Notes: a model not told the origin generated them from the letters alone. 64,000 nucleotides of DNA from Tubulanus polymorphus (GCF_964204645.1 NC_134026.1:20432150-20496149), one strand, 5' to 3'; counted from the first letter of the stretch, positions 14,656 through 28,740 are shown. Numbers and translations: made by a program.

Positions 14656-14810
14656 ACACCAAACGATGAGCTCTAGGGTGAGATCGAAACGTCGTGTATC
14701 TAATATTTTAGATTGTTCGAATAAATAAATTCTCGATTTTAAATGCTTTTTATTTGTACATAGTGGGTTTTTATCTTATCATCCGTTCACCACGTTTGAG
14801 TGTGGTTATC
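14656..14810 (+). mobile_element. Penelope-like terminal-repeat relic with degenerate hammerhead motif
   Basis: ACAC-caaACGA-T-GAGCTC-TAGGGT-GAGATC-GAAACGTC-GTGT; the downstream ~110 bp recurs inverted at 54174-54280. Confidence 0.55.
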
Positions 14811-15583
14811 GTACTAACCGGAACCGAAATAAATTTCTAATTATGTACTTCAATTTAAACGCAAAATTTGTGAACTCGACCGCCGTTCACGCAACTATAT
14901 CTATACTTCGATTTCTGATTTAAAAATCAAACCCCCTGTTTCGTTCCCGACTTGTGGCGGGTTCGTAAGGGACACCAAATCAAAACGAATCGAACAAACT
15001 CTTCCAAACAAGTAAGTAACAGATCTGTTTTCAGATCAAAATTGCTTGGTCGCTGTTCATCAATGTGCGATGCCCGCACGATTTCCACAGTTTGATATAC
15101 TTCCCCGTAGTACATGAACAATAGCGGCGTGCACTGACCCGGGGAGGAAAAATCGGCCAGTTCCAATGGCAACGTACTGTCAATATTAACAGCTGCCGTC
15201 GTCATCGCGATATTGTCATTCGCGGATAAATATGTATATGTATTCATTTCTGCTGGTATTTACAACGTTCATTCTGTCAATCTAAACAACGACAGGTTGT
15301 TGCATTGCATTCGTGACGCCGTCATCACAGGACAAAACCATATCAACAACAGTCGCAAGAATGCAGGGTTAACGGGTGAAGAAATAATGGTGGAAATGGG
15401 ATACCTGACCTATGGTGTCTCAGGATATGCCTTTCAGCATTATAGGGACCAGTCCTAAAGTTAAGTTAAACCCATGGGTTTACTACATCATGAGTTATTT
15501 TAGTTATTCAATCCCAATTTCAAGTTACCGGACTACAGTCACTGGGCTGACGTATATATGCAGTCCTAAAGAAATATTCAGAG

Positions 15584-15808
15584 TTAGGCGAAAAAGTGAT
15601 ACCTTGTTTCTCCTAATCGGCAAAGTTACTTTTGTAAACTGCAATGAAATTTGTAATCAGTTCATTCCTATAACTGCCCGGTCTCTTATGGTTAGCCTTA
15701 TCGTGATTTAGAAAAAAGTACGTTATGTACTGGGTAGATATACGGCCGGCCGAGTCAACTTTTAAGCTCAGCAGAAAGGAAAAAGAAGGTATCAATTTTT
15801 TAGCCTTA
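15584..15808 (-). mobile_element. MITE family A, copy 2 (inverted)
   Basis: TTAGGCGAAAAAGTGATACCTTG...AAGGTATCAATTTTTTAGCCTTA; interior is the reverse complement of 8049-8273. Confidence 0.8.
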
Positions 15809-15959
15809 CTTACAATCATCTATTACGGTTGTGCAGTGTGATGAAAAAGTGATGAAATATCAATACAATGGATAATTTTTTCTAGCTTTCTTAGTTTTTG
15901 TTCCTCCCGTCACTTGCAATCTGACGAACAAACAGCCGAAAAAACACAGGTATAATCAT

Positions 15960-16310
15960 TGTTTTTTGACGCCGTAAAAACCGTAACAATAATGTTTATT
16001 TACATTGATACATAGAATGCGTTATTTCAAGGGTTCTGTGTAAGTCGATGTGCACTTGGCGTTTATTTTGTAAATAAATATATTTCATCACTCTAATTTT
16101 ACTTTTGATCAATCATACTTATCATTTTTGAGAGGATGTGCACTACGTCATCAATCAAATGGGGCTAGACTGGTGGCCGGTCAATTCAATTGCCCATATA
16201 TTCAAATCCTGGAATAACTTCATTGATCCTTTATATTATATGAGTTGTTATCTATTGTAGACAACATTAAGCAATGCGTTATTTTTCAAAGTGTCAACAA
16301 ACTTTCTTTT
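15960..16310 (-). repeat. Dispersed repeat family B, copy 2 (inverted)
   Basis: Reverse complement aligns by eye to 2390-2800. Confidence 0.8.
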
Positions 16311-17781
16311 TTGCTAAACCTGTTTTCGGATTGGGCGCAACGATGTTTCATCATCGAAATCATCTTTAAGATGTCAATTTTTTGCGACATATTTCAACAT
16401 TATCTCACTAGTCGCAATTCGCTTCGCATCGTTTTCCCATTTGCTTTTTGCGCGAAAGTTGCGTTGCTCGGCAAATTGACGAGCTGTCTTCATTTTATAT
16501 TTACCCAACGAAAGTAAGATTTTTTTGCAGCCATTACCTCGACGACAACGTGCTGTGAAATCCGTTATACACGGAAAGTTGCAGACGGCGTATACGAACC
16601 GTATTTCAATGAAATTCTTCTCGCGACGCTTTCCCCCTAGAGAGGCGTTTTAGAGTGTGAATATACACCGCGAGTTATTTAATTACCGCCGTGAATGGGC
16701 ATTTAAAAGAGAAACGAAGAACCCGCCGTCGTCAAATCGGTCGATATTTTTCCAGCGTCGCGTCCGCCGCTTCGCGTGAAAGTTGATCTGTGAAATCGCC
16801 CTTGACTTTGTGACGAATCACGATAAGTCGCGAACGGATTCTGCATGCTACATTACACTAACGATGCCTTACATTTTCATTAGGCTCGGCAGAAATTGTG
16901 GAAAATGCACGCGGTTCCTCTTCGATGGTTTCTATTATTCGCGTTGACATTCGAGGATATAGCAATTTCCAATTAAAGCTAGACTATCGCTATCGTAATA
17001 CGATGATCAGGTATTGCATCTAGCCGGCACTTTTGGCTATAATAATCATCAAGTTAAAACTGGCAAGAGAATAGAATACATCGCATTATTCATTGCGCCA
17101 CTATCCATTTAACCATTCACGAGTCCTTAACTGCATTTACTCTGATACCATGGGGCTATAATCGAGTCCATAGTTATGCATTTAAGTTTATATACGTCCA
17201 CTGAGGTACGGTATAAGTGTTACGGTATAATACTTCGTCCACGATTATGGTATAATCCACTAGATAAATTCGTCCACAGGGATTATGACCGCTCAAGGGT
17301 CGGGGCTCGATCTAAATGCATGCGTGTTTCAACCGGGCCAAATCGAAAGTGATGGGGTCACTCAACACCGTCGTCTTTCCGTCATAGGTTTGCCATAAGT
17401 AATCGGTTCTTAAAACCCGATTATCGCGCGCCAGTGAAGTATTGTCGAACGTCTCCGTATCGAAGATTAATACGACCTCTCAGATTTAGTCGTTAATATC
17501 GGATTGCCCGGCGTCATTGACCAATAAGCTAGAAAACACTTAAGATAATTGCAAACATCCCCGCTATGAGCTCGGAGGCAAAGAACCGAACGTCATTGAA
17601 GCCGAGAAAACCGCAGTTCGCGTAATCTAGTTATTGTTGCGTTAATGACGCTACGCCGAAGCGGGTAATTCGCAAATTACAAAAAACAGACGTATTTGCT
17701 CGATGTCGGCGTCTGAGAAATGGTATTTAGTCGTGACAAATTAAAAACGATGTTATACCGTCATACCGTCGGATCAAAACG

Positions 17782-18056
<275 letters not shown>

Positions 18057-18142
18057 CAATCGTGCGTCGGTTTACATCATTAGTTCGTCGAATTAACGCT
18101 TAATATTGGACGGAATCTTTGGCAGAGCTCAGCGCCACGCAT

Positions 18143-18469
18143 ACCATCCCGGACAGGGATTCTAATCTTATGGCATCGATACTCGCCTCTTTACGAAACC
18201 CTGCCACACTAGACCGAGTGCGCGGCGACATGATGACCTCATCATTAACCAATCAGAAATCCTGTTTCATTTTTGCCCGGGTTTTCCCATTTATCGTACT
18301 TCCGCAAAATTTGCCTCAGCGATTATACAACGAGCATCATGATTATTGCCGCAAGTTTTCTCGCGGCAAACCCGCGCATGTACCCACGCACCCGGTCTAG
18401 TGTTGCAGAGTGTTTCGTATCGTGGCTGATTCTAGCAATGCCATCGAGTTCGAATCACTGCCGGATGAT
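18143..18469. mobile_element. MITE-like family C with ~80-bp tRNA-like inverted arms, copy 1
   Basis: Left arm 18143-18222 is the reverse complement of right arm 18387-18469; interior shared with 42005-42341. Confidence 0.75.
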
Positions 18470-20996
18470 TATGTACGCCACGTGGCGTTCTCGGCTTAGT
18501 TTCAAAACCGAATATCCTTTCAGCATTCGAATTAATTTCGCTCGAATTAATATCCACACACGTTCATGGCTATATCCGCGTTGACTTCCAGTTCAAGCTA
18601 TCTATGTAATACGCCAGTGGGTTCTACTCCCAAATGGCCAATTGATAGGAACTAATGTATATACAAGAGTGTGCGGTGCTTTATCATCCATCTCGAGTCT
18701 GCAAACGCATGAAGTTACAAACTCATCTGCTTCATCGAGCTTGAAATCTCGACTGCGGAACCCGTAATCAAAATCAAAGTTCCAAACCTAGTATAATTCT
18801 TACACGTATACATACACATAGTGCGCCCTCGCTTGCCAGGGTTTGATTGCCGTCACACAAACCCAAAACCAGACCCAAACCACCCTTCGTTGGTCTATTA
18901 CATTGCCTATGATTTCTTGGGCGTGCAGGGTGCCACTAGGCTTCGAATTAAGCTCATTAGATGAGTTGTTTTTCACCGACAGATTCGCTACGTATCTGAT
19001 TGGCAAGATATATAGACTGGTGGCCGCTTGGCAGCAACCTGTTCGCCCCAGAAATTGTGGGCAATGTAATACCCCAATGAAGGGTTTGCGGGCAGGGTTT
19101 GCGTTGGCGGGCGGCAATCAATTACTTACTGGCAAGCGAGGATTACTTGGGGTATGCTACGATGCTCGGGCACAGTTTTAATTTGAACCCCGTGTGATGA
19201 GCCCCTGCGAGAGTAACCTTGCTATAACGAACCCCTCGGATAAAACGAATCAAATACCTTGGACCAAACATGAGCAGCTTGAAAATTTGATACCGAAAGG
19301 AACAATGAATTATAATTGGCGAACCAGATATTTTCGAAGTTTGTTGCATTGATCGGTTCAATTCTTAGTGACCTACGAGCGTTTTAGATTTGTTTGACTT
19401 CGAAAGTTTTGTTTAGTTAAGCCGTTGTATACGGGTAGAAAATCGCAAAGAATGCTGGATAGAATTGAATTTTGCCCGCGCGCCTACTATCCAGTCAGTC
19501 CATGCTTCAGGCTCATTTATTCAATTTGTAGCGAGGATTCATTTTTCAACTGGCGACGTTGAGAGGCCACGATAGCCACTGCAGCAGCTACTATAATCCA
19601 CTAAAAGCCTCGTAATTGGTATCTTGGAGTGGCGCGCTGAGAGACTGCGACCACTTCGAACACAAATGCGCGACCAAGGTTTCATTGTGTTACGAAACCG
19701 CCAAGACGTCGACGATTCGTGAAATACTGATCGTCTAGCTAATATCTTGGCACAGATGGATTCGCGCCGCGATAACGTTATTCAAACAGAAAAAAGAGAA
19801 CTTTCATATAACGTACGCACACATATAAGTATATTTCGCGTATAATGACCGTGGTATTTATTTACAAGACGCTTTTGAGCCGTGCACGCGACAGCGAATC
19901 AATTATTCATGCCTTCAGCAGGATTCGACGACATCTGAAGTAACTTGCAACTTCTCCCGGAAATAAAAGGCGAAGTTGAATTGCCCTCGACACGACTCAG
20001 GCGAAGTGTTCAACATAATTGTGTCCTCAGATTAGGATGAACGAGATGTAATCGGTTGGTAGAAAGTTTATTTCCGGGAAGTGCACAATGTGCCGTACAG
20101 ATGCTGCAAAAGCAATAGAAACGACGATATAGACTGTATAGACGCTTATCTCGCTGCTGGTCTATATTATTAGTTTTGGCGGCCATGAGTAATCTGAGTT
20201 TGAATTACGAATTTAATCCCGTTTAAATCTCCCACTTGCAAGTGCACGCGCCGCGAAACGGATCCGCAGTAAATAGAAAATAAATTAATCAAAGCGTAAG
20301 CCGTGAATGTATAAAACTTCTATCCGGGCACAAGCTGAGTAAACAAGATTGGAGTTTTGAAATTTTCGGTTCATCGAGAAGCCTATAAATCAAACCATGA
20401 TATAGCTTCTCTTGGCTGGATTCTGAACAATTTTGAAAAAAAAGAATAGTACCCATTAGCCATACAACACGCCCGGGGTCCGTAAGTAACTTTCAAGATT
20501 CGGTCGAGTATATCAATACGGCGATTATGTTTTAAAAGCACGGGACTCCTGTGGTCACTGTTGACAAATTAGGTACAAGTGTGCTAATTTTAATTCGGAA
20601 AACTTTTTACCGAAAGTGAAGGTTATTTACAAGTCATGGCTTACTCAACGGGTCATTAAGTACACTTTCGCGCATTGAATAGGAATTTGCATAAACTTCA
20701 TAGAATTCGAAATCGGCGAATTTCCCACACCTGGTTGTGAAATCGCGGCTTGAAGTCTTAAAATGTGCTTTAAATCGTAATGGCTTAATGCACATTCGAC
20801 AGATCGTAGCCACGATTGAGAAATACGCAGGTCTTGATTCTGAATACAGTCAACAAGGCTTAAGTTTTTAAGATCGGCCGTGATTGTGCGACAGGGCCTT
20901 CGTGCTAGTTTAACGTTCATCTATAAAAATAATGTGTGAATTAATTTCAACATTTTTTGTTACTGCCAATTATTTCTATTTGAATGTTTCCGTTAT

Positions 20997-21172
20997 ATAG
21001 GGTAGACTACGCCTGAGTCGGACCCGATCAACTCTGATAACCGTTCAACTCGGATGTTTTTTGAGATATTTTTTGTGACTTTAAGGGATCGAAAATACAT
21101 CCAACTCGGATATAAAGTCGGGCATATTTTTGTGGTCCCAAAAGATTCGAATTTAGCGTAGTCTATACTGTA
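20997..21172. mobile_element. Tc1/mariner-type MITE
   Basis: Inverted ends TAGGGTAGACTACGCCTGAGTCG...CGAATTTAGCGTAGTCTATACTG, flanked by TA. Confidence 0.6.
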
Positions 21173-21815
21173 TATACATATAAGCCAATTCGTAATTCGA
21201 TTCCACTTCCTAGTACTATATCATATTTCCATCATTAAAAATTCTAATTTCGTGCAGTAATCTGTTTAAAAACAGCTAGAGCACGACAGGAAAACGTTAT
21301 GCGTAGTGCGGAATCTTTTTTCTCAGATCGCAGAACACATATCCGTACGTACAAATTTCAGTCGAATTTCCCACAGGTGAATGCGATGGCGGCACCTTAT
21401 GGGAAAACCTGTCGAACAAAATGGTGTCTAATAAAAGAACTAATTTCCGTCAGACTCGTGCGATATTAGATTATTTGTGCGACGTACCGTCAATGACGCT
21501 TACGCTCGGGAAAAAAAAAACGTCCCAGCAAACGTGACAAAATACATCTGCCCGACAGTCATAGAATATCCACGCATGGAAGTTATATTGTATAGCCGTC
21601 ATAAAATCAACGTTCGGAAATGATATGAAAATGTTTCTAATAGTCTTGTAAACAATTAATCTTTTGTCCAGACACCACCTTTACGAGACGTTGGCACGTA
21701 AATTCCAGATAGGATATCTAGAGTGGAATGATTATTAGGATATCAACTGTAATTTAAAATTTTATATCAGACAGTGTTTTTGGATATCTCGCGTCTGCTA
21801 AGTACGTACAATCTA

Positions 21816-21907
21816 TTAAAGGACCCCTATCAGAAAAGTACGTCCTTTTTTCTTTAACCACCCCCCACCCAAAAATCGTACGTACGTACTATTTCAACGC
21901 TCCCTTA
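21816..21907. mobile_element. Short degenerate MITE (Harbinger-like ends)
   Basis: TTAAAGGACCCCTATCAGAAAAGTACGT...ACGTACTATTTCAACGCTCCCTTA imperfect inverted ends. Confidence 0.4.
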
Positions 21908-21964
21908 CTTATCATGGCCAAGCCAAAGTTATGAATATGATTTCATTCGTACAAAAACCTAAGG

Positions 21965-22210
21965 TTTTAGACGCTGTAAAAGCCGTTAAATAATGTCTTT
22001 ATACATTGATACCTAGTATGCATTATTCAAAGGTTTCTGTGAGAGTCGCTGTGTACTACGTCATCGATATTCGCGTTTCAAGATAACAATTACAATAGCG
22101 CATTTATTTTGTAATCAAGTACATTTCATAACTCTTATTTCGTTATCGATAAACTTTGATTATCATGTTTGAGAGGATGTGCACTGCGTCATCAATACAT
22201 CGGGGCTCGA
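21965..22210 (-). repeat. Dispersed repeat family B, copy 3 (inverted, partial)
   Basis: TTGATACCTAG...TACGTCATCGATATT...GAGAGGATGTGCACTGCGTCATC. Confidence 0.75.
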
Positions 22211-25200
22211 TACAATTTATTGTCGGCAATAAGGTTAGTTCTTTCAGGTTAGTTCTCTTGTTATGACTTATACATAAGCATTGACAATCAGGTGCGTAGC
22301 CCGTGCAAGTGTGAAGACCCTCCCTGTTCATACGGCGCATTTCGATTATGATAATTAAGCTAATTTCATGCTTTCTTAATCGGAGATAAAGAACATAATC
22401 CATTAAACGACTAGACCATTCAAAAACGAAGTAATTCAATTCACATATGGCTTCTTCCTACAATAAAAAGTGTCACTATCGCAATCAAAATAATCGAAAT
22501 GCATTAGAGATGAAATATTTTGAATTTTAAATATTCAACCATTGGAATAGCAATGTCTTCGTGATTCCTCGTAATTCTTCGTAATTATTCTAAAACGTAA
22601 TCGTAACCGTGATATACGTTGTTTAGTATACGTCGTTTTTAATCTCCGGGAAACACATGCACGCTATTCCCGCCTGCAACCATGGCATTCTATTGTCCGG
22701 ATCTGTCGCGCTTGACAGCTTCGCACACGAACCTCCAAATATCGTCTTGCCTCTGACAAATACATATTTGATATCATACTGCATTGCTCAGATTCCCGTC
22801 GACACCACGCGCACGACGATTTACGCGCATCATATAACCAAATAAACCGATACAAAAGAGTTTTCAATTTCTTCCATTGTGTCGGCTGTGAAAAATGAAC
22901 ATATTAACCAATTTGGTATCATTTTCGTATAATCGGTTCAGGCCACGAATAGAATATGAGTTCTTTTCGCATTAGGTCGCATGAAAATCCGTTTTGATAT
23001 GTTGAACGTATTACAAACATTTTCGAAGTGGCTCCAATCGGTGATGTCAATATGATAAGATACTGAATGTACATTATATCCATGTCGATCTATGGATCGA
23101 ATAACAGATTATTAGAGATATTGGTGGTTTTGAGAAGAAAACGATTGGAAATATTCAGAAATCCGATTTGAAGATTTTGACTTCGAATTTTGAATCTATA
23201 CGGGTATAATCTTAAAAACAACATGTGTATTTATATGTATATAGCATGTACATGAAAAAATCTTGATAATTGTTTATCTATTTTATTATAACGATTAAGA
23301 ATAAGATATAGACATTTTAGGCTGGCATCCCCCCATTAGTGGAAAGGTGGAATTGCTCCAACTGGTGATGGATGCACAGTTGCATGCGAAACGTCACGAC
23401 GATTTCAAAGACATCCTTTTAGATAGAATTTCAATTTTTCAATGAGGGACATTTTCAATCGATTATAACGAGATCTCACCGAATCTGAATATCGGACATT
23501 CACGCGCTTTACCGCCCATCCCCCACATCGCGTGTCGCGTTACATGAATACGACTCTCCCTCCTAAAAGTGTCGTACTGCGATAAAAACGAATCGAACGT
23601 CATATTTCATCGTTTCACATGTCAGAATTATATACCTTTATAGATCGGTGTAACACCGCGCAAAAGAGAAATCTTACCGCCCAACGAGTGTTGTTTTTTC
23701 TCTTTGATTTCTTTTTTTCGAAAGGCATTTTTGCGGATTTTTTTTCACTCGATTCATCACGCGTTTCTCGCCTGTCTCTCATGTGTCATTCTTGCTTTGA
23801 TGCGTGTAGACTTAATTCGCTGAACGCGCCTTAAGCCTTAATTATTATCAGTCTATACAATATCGGGGGATCATTCACCTCTTTTTATTTCATTCGCTGT
23901 TAGATATACAACACCTTGCGTAGAAGACGTGCCTTTTACGTTATATCAAAGGTAATCAAATACGCGCTTCGACTGATAAATTCATGCGCCGGATCCGAAA
24001 ATAGAAGCGCAATTCTACAGCGCGTAGTCGAAAGCGAACTGAATGAAGACTCATGACTCAGTGACATTATAAACAGGAAGAAAGTGATCGAAAAAATCAT
24101 GACCAAACGCGAGACGGTAAACTGCAATGGGAGAACTGAGATTTGCATTTGAAGATTTAAATGCCAGCATGAAACAAAACAATCACCCGCAAATGCATAC
24201 ATCGTCGTCCTTGCGAGAGCTCGTAAGATATAATTAGGTTATCGAAGTTAGAAGAAAATATGTTTTTTTGTTGTTGGTAATTATCAATGTCTATACGCTT
24301 ATGGATTTTCACTGTATCTAAAATTACATAATCGCGTTAGAATCCAGTTCCAGACAGTTGTTTGGAAGGTGAAATAAAAACCAGAAAAAAAATTGATTCG
24401 GAAACGTGCTCGGTGGACATTTTTTGCTGCTTGCGTGGGTTTCAAGCTAGTATATATGAATCATACTATTTCTATCTATTCAATCACGCCCCGATATTTG
24501 ATAGCTCTGTTTATCGGCACTGATACAAGTAAAACGACGCGCGCAACAGCGTCACACGAACACTGAAGAAAAAAAGGAACAAACGAATCGTTGTACCAGC
24601 AATTGATGTAAGCAATGAGCAGATGTTTGTTTGTTTGCGAACAATTTGGTTCAACGTGAAATGTTTTTGTATAATAATAATGTTTATTTCGTCAAAGTTT
24701 TTACACTTGTATGACAATAATAATAAACTGAACAAAATTATAAATACAGATGGCGTTACGTTTTCACAATACAATATCTTAATTGATATAGATAAGTAAT
24801 TATTTAAATCATTTAATTAGTGTCGCTTAGGAGAGATCTTCTGTGTCTGAACATCCCTAACAAATATTTTCCAATATTAGTTAATCTGCCGATCGACTGC
24901 GAGCAGTTGTATCAGACATGCACCAAAGTTTCAAAGTTTATTGCTCGACAAACGACATTTGCACAGAGAAGATAAATACGAACACTATGGAACACCAGTA
25001 CCGAAGTGTCGTCAGAATTTTTGCACACCGCGCATGTCAGTTATGCTCTCTAATACGACACAGCAGCAATAATTAGGATTAGTAATACGGTTCGAGCCCC
25101 ACCATGAAATCAAATTAGATCTAATCCAACGGCAAATTTATTCTTAAAACGCCATTTAAAAAGAAGTGACCACCAGTTTACAAAAGGGCCGTGCGTTTGT

Positions 25201-25252
25201 ATAGCTGCATTAACCTAGAGAGATTTTTCGAGATCGTTGTTAGTTACACAAG

Positions 25253-25510
25253 CATGGGCGGATATATGGGTGTTCTATGGGGTCCGGACCTGTGCTTTCC
25301 CATTGAGGTGGCCCTTTTCGCCAAGGTAGAGATCGTTAAACCCTGAATATTTTACACACATCCTTTCGGATGCTATTTTCGGATGCATTTCTTCAAAAAT
25401 ATATAAGACCAAGAGCCCCGATGGAGGCCCTTGACTTGGCAGCATTATTCGAGAAATCATCTTCCTTTTCTTTTGGACCCCGGCCGACGACTTTTCTTAG
25501 ATCCGCCCTG
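25253..25510. mobile_element. MITE with CAGGGGCGGATC-type termini
   Basis: CATGGGCGGATAT...GGGGTCC / GGACCCC...AGATCCGCCCTG; a related single end CAGGGGTGAATCCAG occurs at 44286. Confidence 0.6.
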
Positions 25511-26162
25511 CTTAGTGATAGCAACATGGAGCTTTGATACGCGAGTCCATGAAATCTAATCAAACATTGTGCACAACATGGTTAAACCTCCCCCATCGGT
25601 GAACCGGGTTTAGAAACTGCTTTTATAACTTAACCCCCTTTTTAACGTATAGTATAAGAGTCGACTGATAATATAATCTACCTGGTCCTGGAATACCGCT
25701 AAGCATGTACACGCAGCGGTAGAGTACTACCCTTACATAGAAGCAGGTGAGTGTAATTTATCATGGGTTCAAAATGCAACCTTAACCCGAACGTCGAAAA
25801 CAAATTGGGAACGATAAACGCAAAGTGTCAACAAAATCAACTAATGGTACGTTCACACAACATCATCAGTGCCGTTTGTCAAGCGCAGCTCAGCAAACAA
25901 CGGGGATTCCAGAAATAACAGCAAAAAAGACACGTTTAGCGTCGATCGTTCCATTCAGTGGATATAAAATCATCATTCATTCTATCTATCCAATTCCGTG
26001 ATTCATTTGAAACGAGCGTCGCGCGCATGAAAGCGAGATTCATTGAAAAAAGGTTGAAAATTTATTTTTTTCTCTATCAAATGTGAATTTATGAATTATG
26101 TAGATGCGTCTAACCAGGCTAAATCAAACTATTTCTAACGACGAATTTTTAACAATTCAACC

Positions 26163-26405
26163 GTGGATGTAGGTCGAGAGCCTTTCGGTGGTCTCTGCTG
26201 GTTTGAATGCGGCGTATAGGACGCAATTCACATCAGGACCTTTCGTCCATCGTGACGGTGGCAGACACAACCTCCCGAGGGTGTGGGTCGGGTCAATCTG
26301 CAAAGCCCGTGCCCAGGGGGTGCACCAACTGAAAGAGTGACAGGAGTGAATCACCGATGACGTCACTATCGTGATCAAGACGGCAGTGATAGTCGAAATA
26401 CTTGA
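26163..26405 (+). mobile_element. Penelope-like retroelement relic: GIY-YIG endonuclease C-terminus followed by a hammerhead-like motif
   Basis: VDVGREP..WFECGV*DAIHIRTFRPS, frameshift, RDGGRHNLPRVW; resembles the Penelope-type WFERGVKEAIYI...PSLNRDGGR consensus. GATAGTC-GAAATAC ends at ~26401. Confidence 0.7.
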
Positions 26406-26964
26406 CGTATAAAGTCTCTACCTAATACATCCAGAGTTTAGTTTAAAATGTGAACTTGTTTTTAATCATAATCATCGACAAAAACCAATGAATAATGTGA
26501 ATAATGGAATATGTTGGGGGAATTTTTACGTAATTTTTATTGTGCCGCGTGTTCCAGTATCTGGCATACCGATTCGAACTAAATTTATAATGAGATCGGT
26601 CCCGAGATGAAACCTCATTCTTATGAAATCCAGGCCTAATGTTACCAGGAAAAACAACGCATTTGAAACGAAGATACGCATTTCATTCCCCAGCGTCAGT
26701 GACCGTCTCATCGGAGAAATTACCCGCCTACGAAGCCAATTTGCCTGATTAGGCATATGGAGGTTAGGGAGGTACGATGCATCGGAGACTACAGTATTTC
26801 ACTTAAAGAATCGTGGGTTCATCGCGCAATGATTAGTTGTCTGATATCAATTGGAATGTCATAACCCCGTCAACGATAAGCATATTCGTTTACTACTTAC
26901 ATTCAAAGCCCCAGTTACGTGGCCGTGAATTAAAAAGTGATCCAAGTAAATCTTTAGACTGGGC

Positions 26965-27155
26965 TTAAATTTTCAGGTTGGTTAGATTACGATGATAAAC
27001 TGATCTCTAAATCTTAGTTATAACACTGATATACACAAAATGAAAGTTATCTTAAATCTTTAGGTTGGTATTAAATTGTCGGGTTGGTTATAGAACGATG
27101 ATAAACTGGTCTTAAAGTCTAATTTGTAACACTTAAATATATAGGATAAACTGAG
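26965..27155 (+). repeat. ~105-bp imperfect tandem duplication
   Basis: TTAAATT..GGTTGGTTA..ACGATGATAAACTG..TAACACT occurs twice. Confidence 0.6.
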
Positions 27156-28060
27156 ATCGGCAGTATGTATCTGGAGGCATAACAGCAAACCCATACATCT
27201 AAGTGTCACTGCGCAAACGAACGCGAAGAATGAGCTTTTGCACCCTATAAATCACAGAAATGGACAGGCGATATCAACATTCAGAATGTTAAAACAAAAT
27301 TCACACAAACATGATAATTTTATTCATTAATGCATTGTTGATGCATTATCGGTGTGCATGCACTGTGACCTAGGCGAAATGCATCAGCTTGAAACAAAAA
27401 ACAGTTATATGTACGTGAACATTTTAGAAATCGCTGATTTTCAAAACCTCTTGAAAACAAGGGATAAATGAAATTGACTTCGGCGTTGGATAACATCGAT
27501 ATCAACATGCTCAGAACCATACTTCAGTCAAGTGCGGACCAGCTGGTCGCTACTGGCGCCATAGTCATACAACGGGTGTACTCTTTAATCGATCATTTTC
27601 TCTCTTTTTTGAATTGTTTAACTTTCTTGTGACCTTAAATCTATGATTTTCTGTAAAATAAATTGAAATTGAAAATTGAAATCAGAACGGAGAATCCGGT
27701 TGCCTCCGATCGTACTCTATCATTGGTCACGACGTGACCTTTCGGAGCCAACCGGAGATTTCGGATGGAGACTTCGGAGGTCATAAAAGAGTACGCCCAC
27801 GTACACTTCGATTCATCGACATAGCCCAAAAATTCGACGATACACATCGTGGCGGCCTGTGATTTGGCACTTTTATATTTCGCGAGGAAATATCGTGTCG
27901 ATACAACCCGGGCGGACTGATGATTCGGTTAACTCTGAACGCAAATTTCTCGTTAATCATAAACACTAAACGCTAATCAAATTTGACGCGAGTGAATTGA
28001 ATATCAAATTGTTCATGAAACGCGCGACGAAGCGTCGACGAAGCCGTCAACATCATCATC

Positions 28061-28740
28061 GGCGAACTTCGGTTATCGGAGTAAGTCGACTACGGACGAA
28101 GTAAGTGAAACCGAATGACAGTTAGTCGGAACTATAGTCCGCAAATTGTCGAAAAAACTTCGGTTGTCGGCGTAAGTCAAAAATCTAGTTGAACTAAATA
28201 AAACCGAATGACAAATAGTCGGAATAGTCCGGAAGAAATTGGCGGCCAAGGCGAACTTCGGTTATCGGAATTAGTCGACTACGGTCGAACCAAATGAAAC
28301 CAAATGTCAGTTAGTCGGAACTATGGTTCAGAAATGAGCGGAATGAGCGTGGTTGTAATAGTTCGGATCTAGGTTCAAGATGGCCGTCACTGTGAAATAC
28401 GTTACGACTGAATTAAGCGCGTTCGTTTTTTTTTACCACTAGTCGACTAACTACGAAAACCGAAGTTTGCCCAAGGGATGTATGTGGTTCGGAGTTATTT
28501 CCAAGATGGCCGACCCTGTTAAACTGTGTTATACGACTGAATTATGGTGCGTTCGGTTTTTAAATCCGACCATTAGTTGACTAACTACGAAAAACCAAAG
28601 TTCAACCATGGGAGTGAGCGCGGTCGCTGCAGTTTGGACCTTGTTCCAAAATGGTCGACACTGAAAATAATGCGTTACGACCGAACTAAGTGCGTCCGGT
28701 TAGTTGCGACCACTAGGCGACTAGCTACGAAAAGCAAAAA
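28061..28740. repeat. Foldback array: 3 x ~95-bp units followed by 3 x ~125-bp inverted related units
   Basis: AACTTCGGTTATCG..TAGTCGACTA units at ~28061, 28155 and 28251; TAGTCGACTAACTACGAAAACCGAAGTT units, each preceded by CAAGATGGCCG-like motifs, at ~28376, 28502 and 28627. Confidence 0.75.

Noticed and set aside
28061-28740. CRISPR-like array
   Set aside because: Units are long, degenerate and similar throughout with no unique spacers; half are inverted; eukaryotic context with no cas genes.
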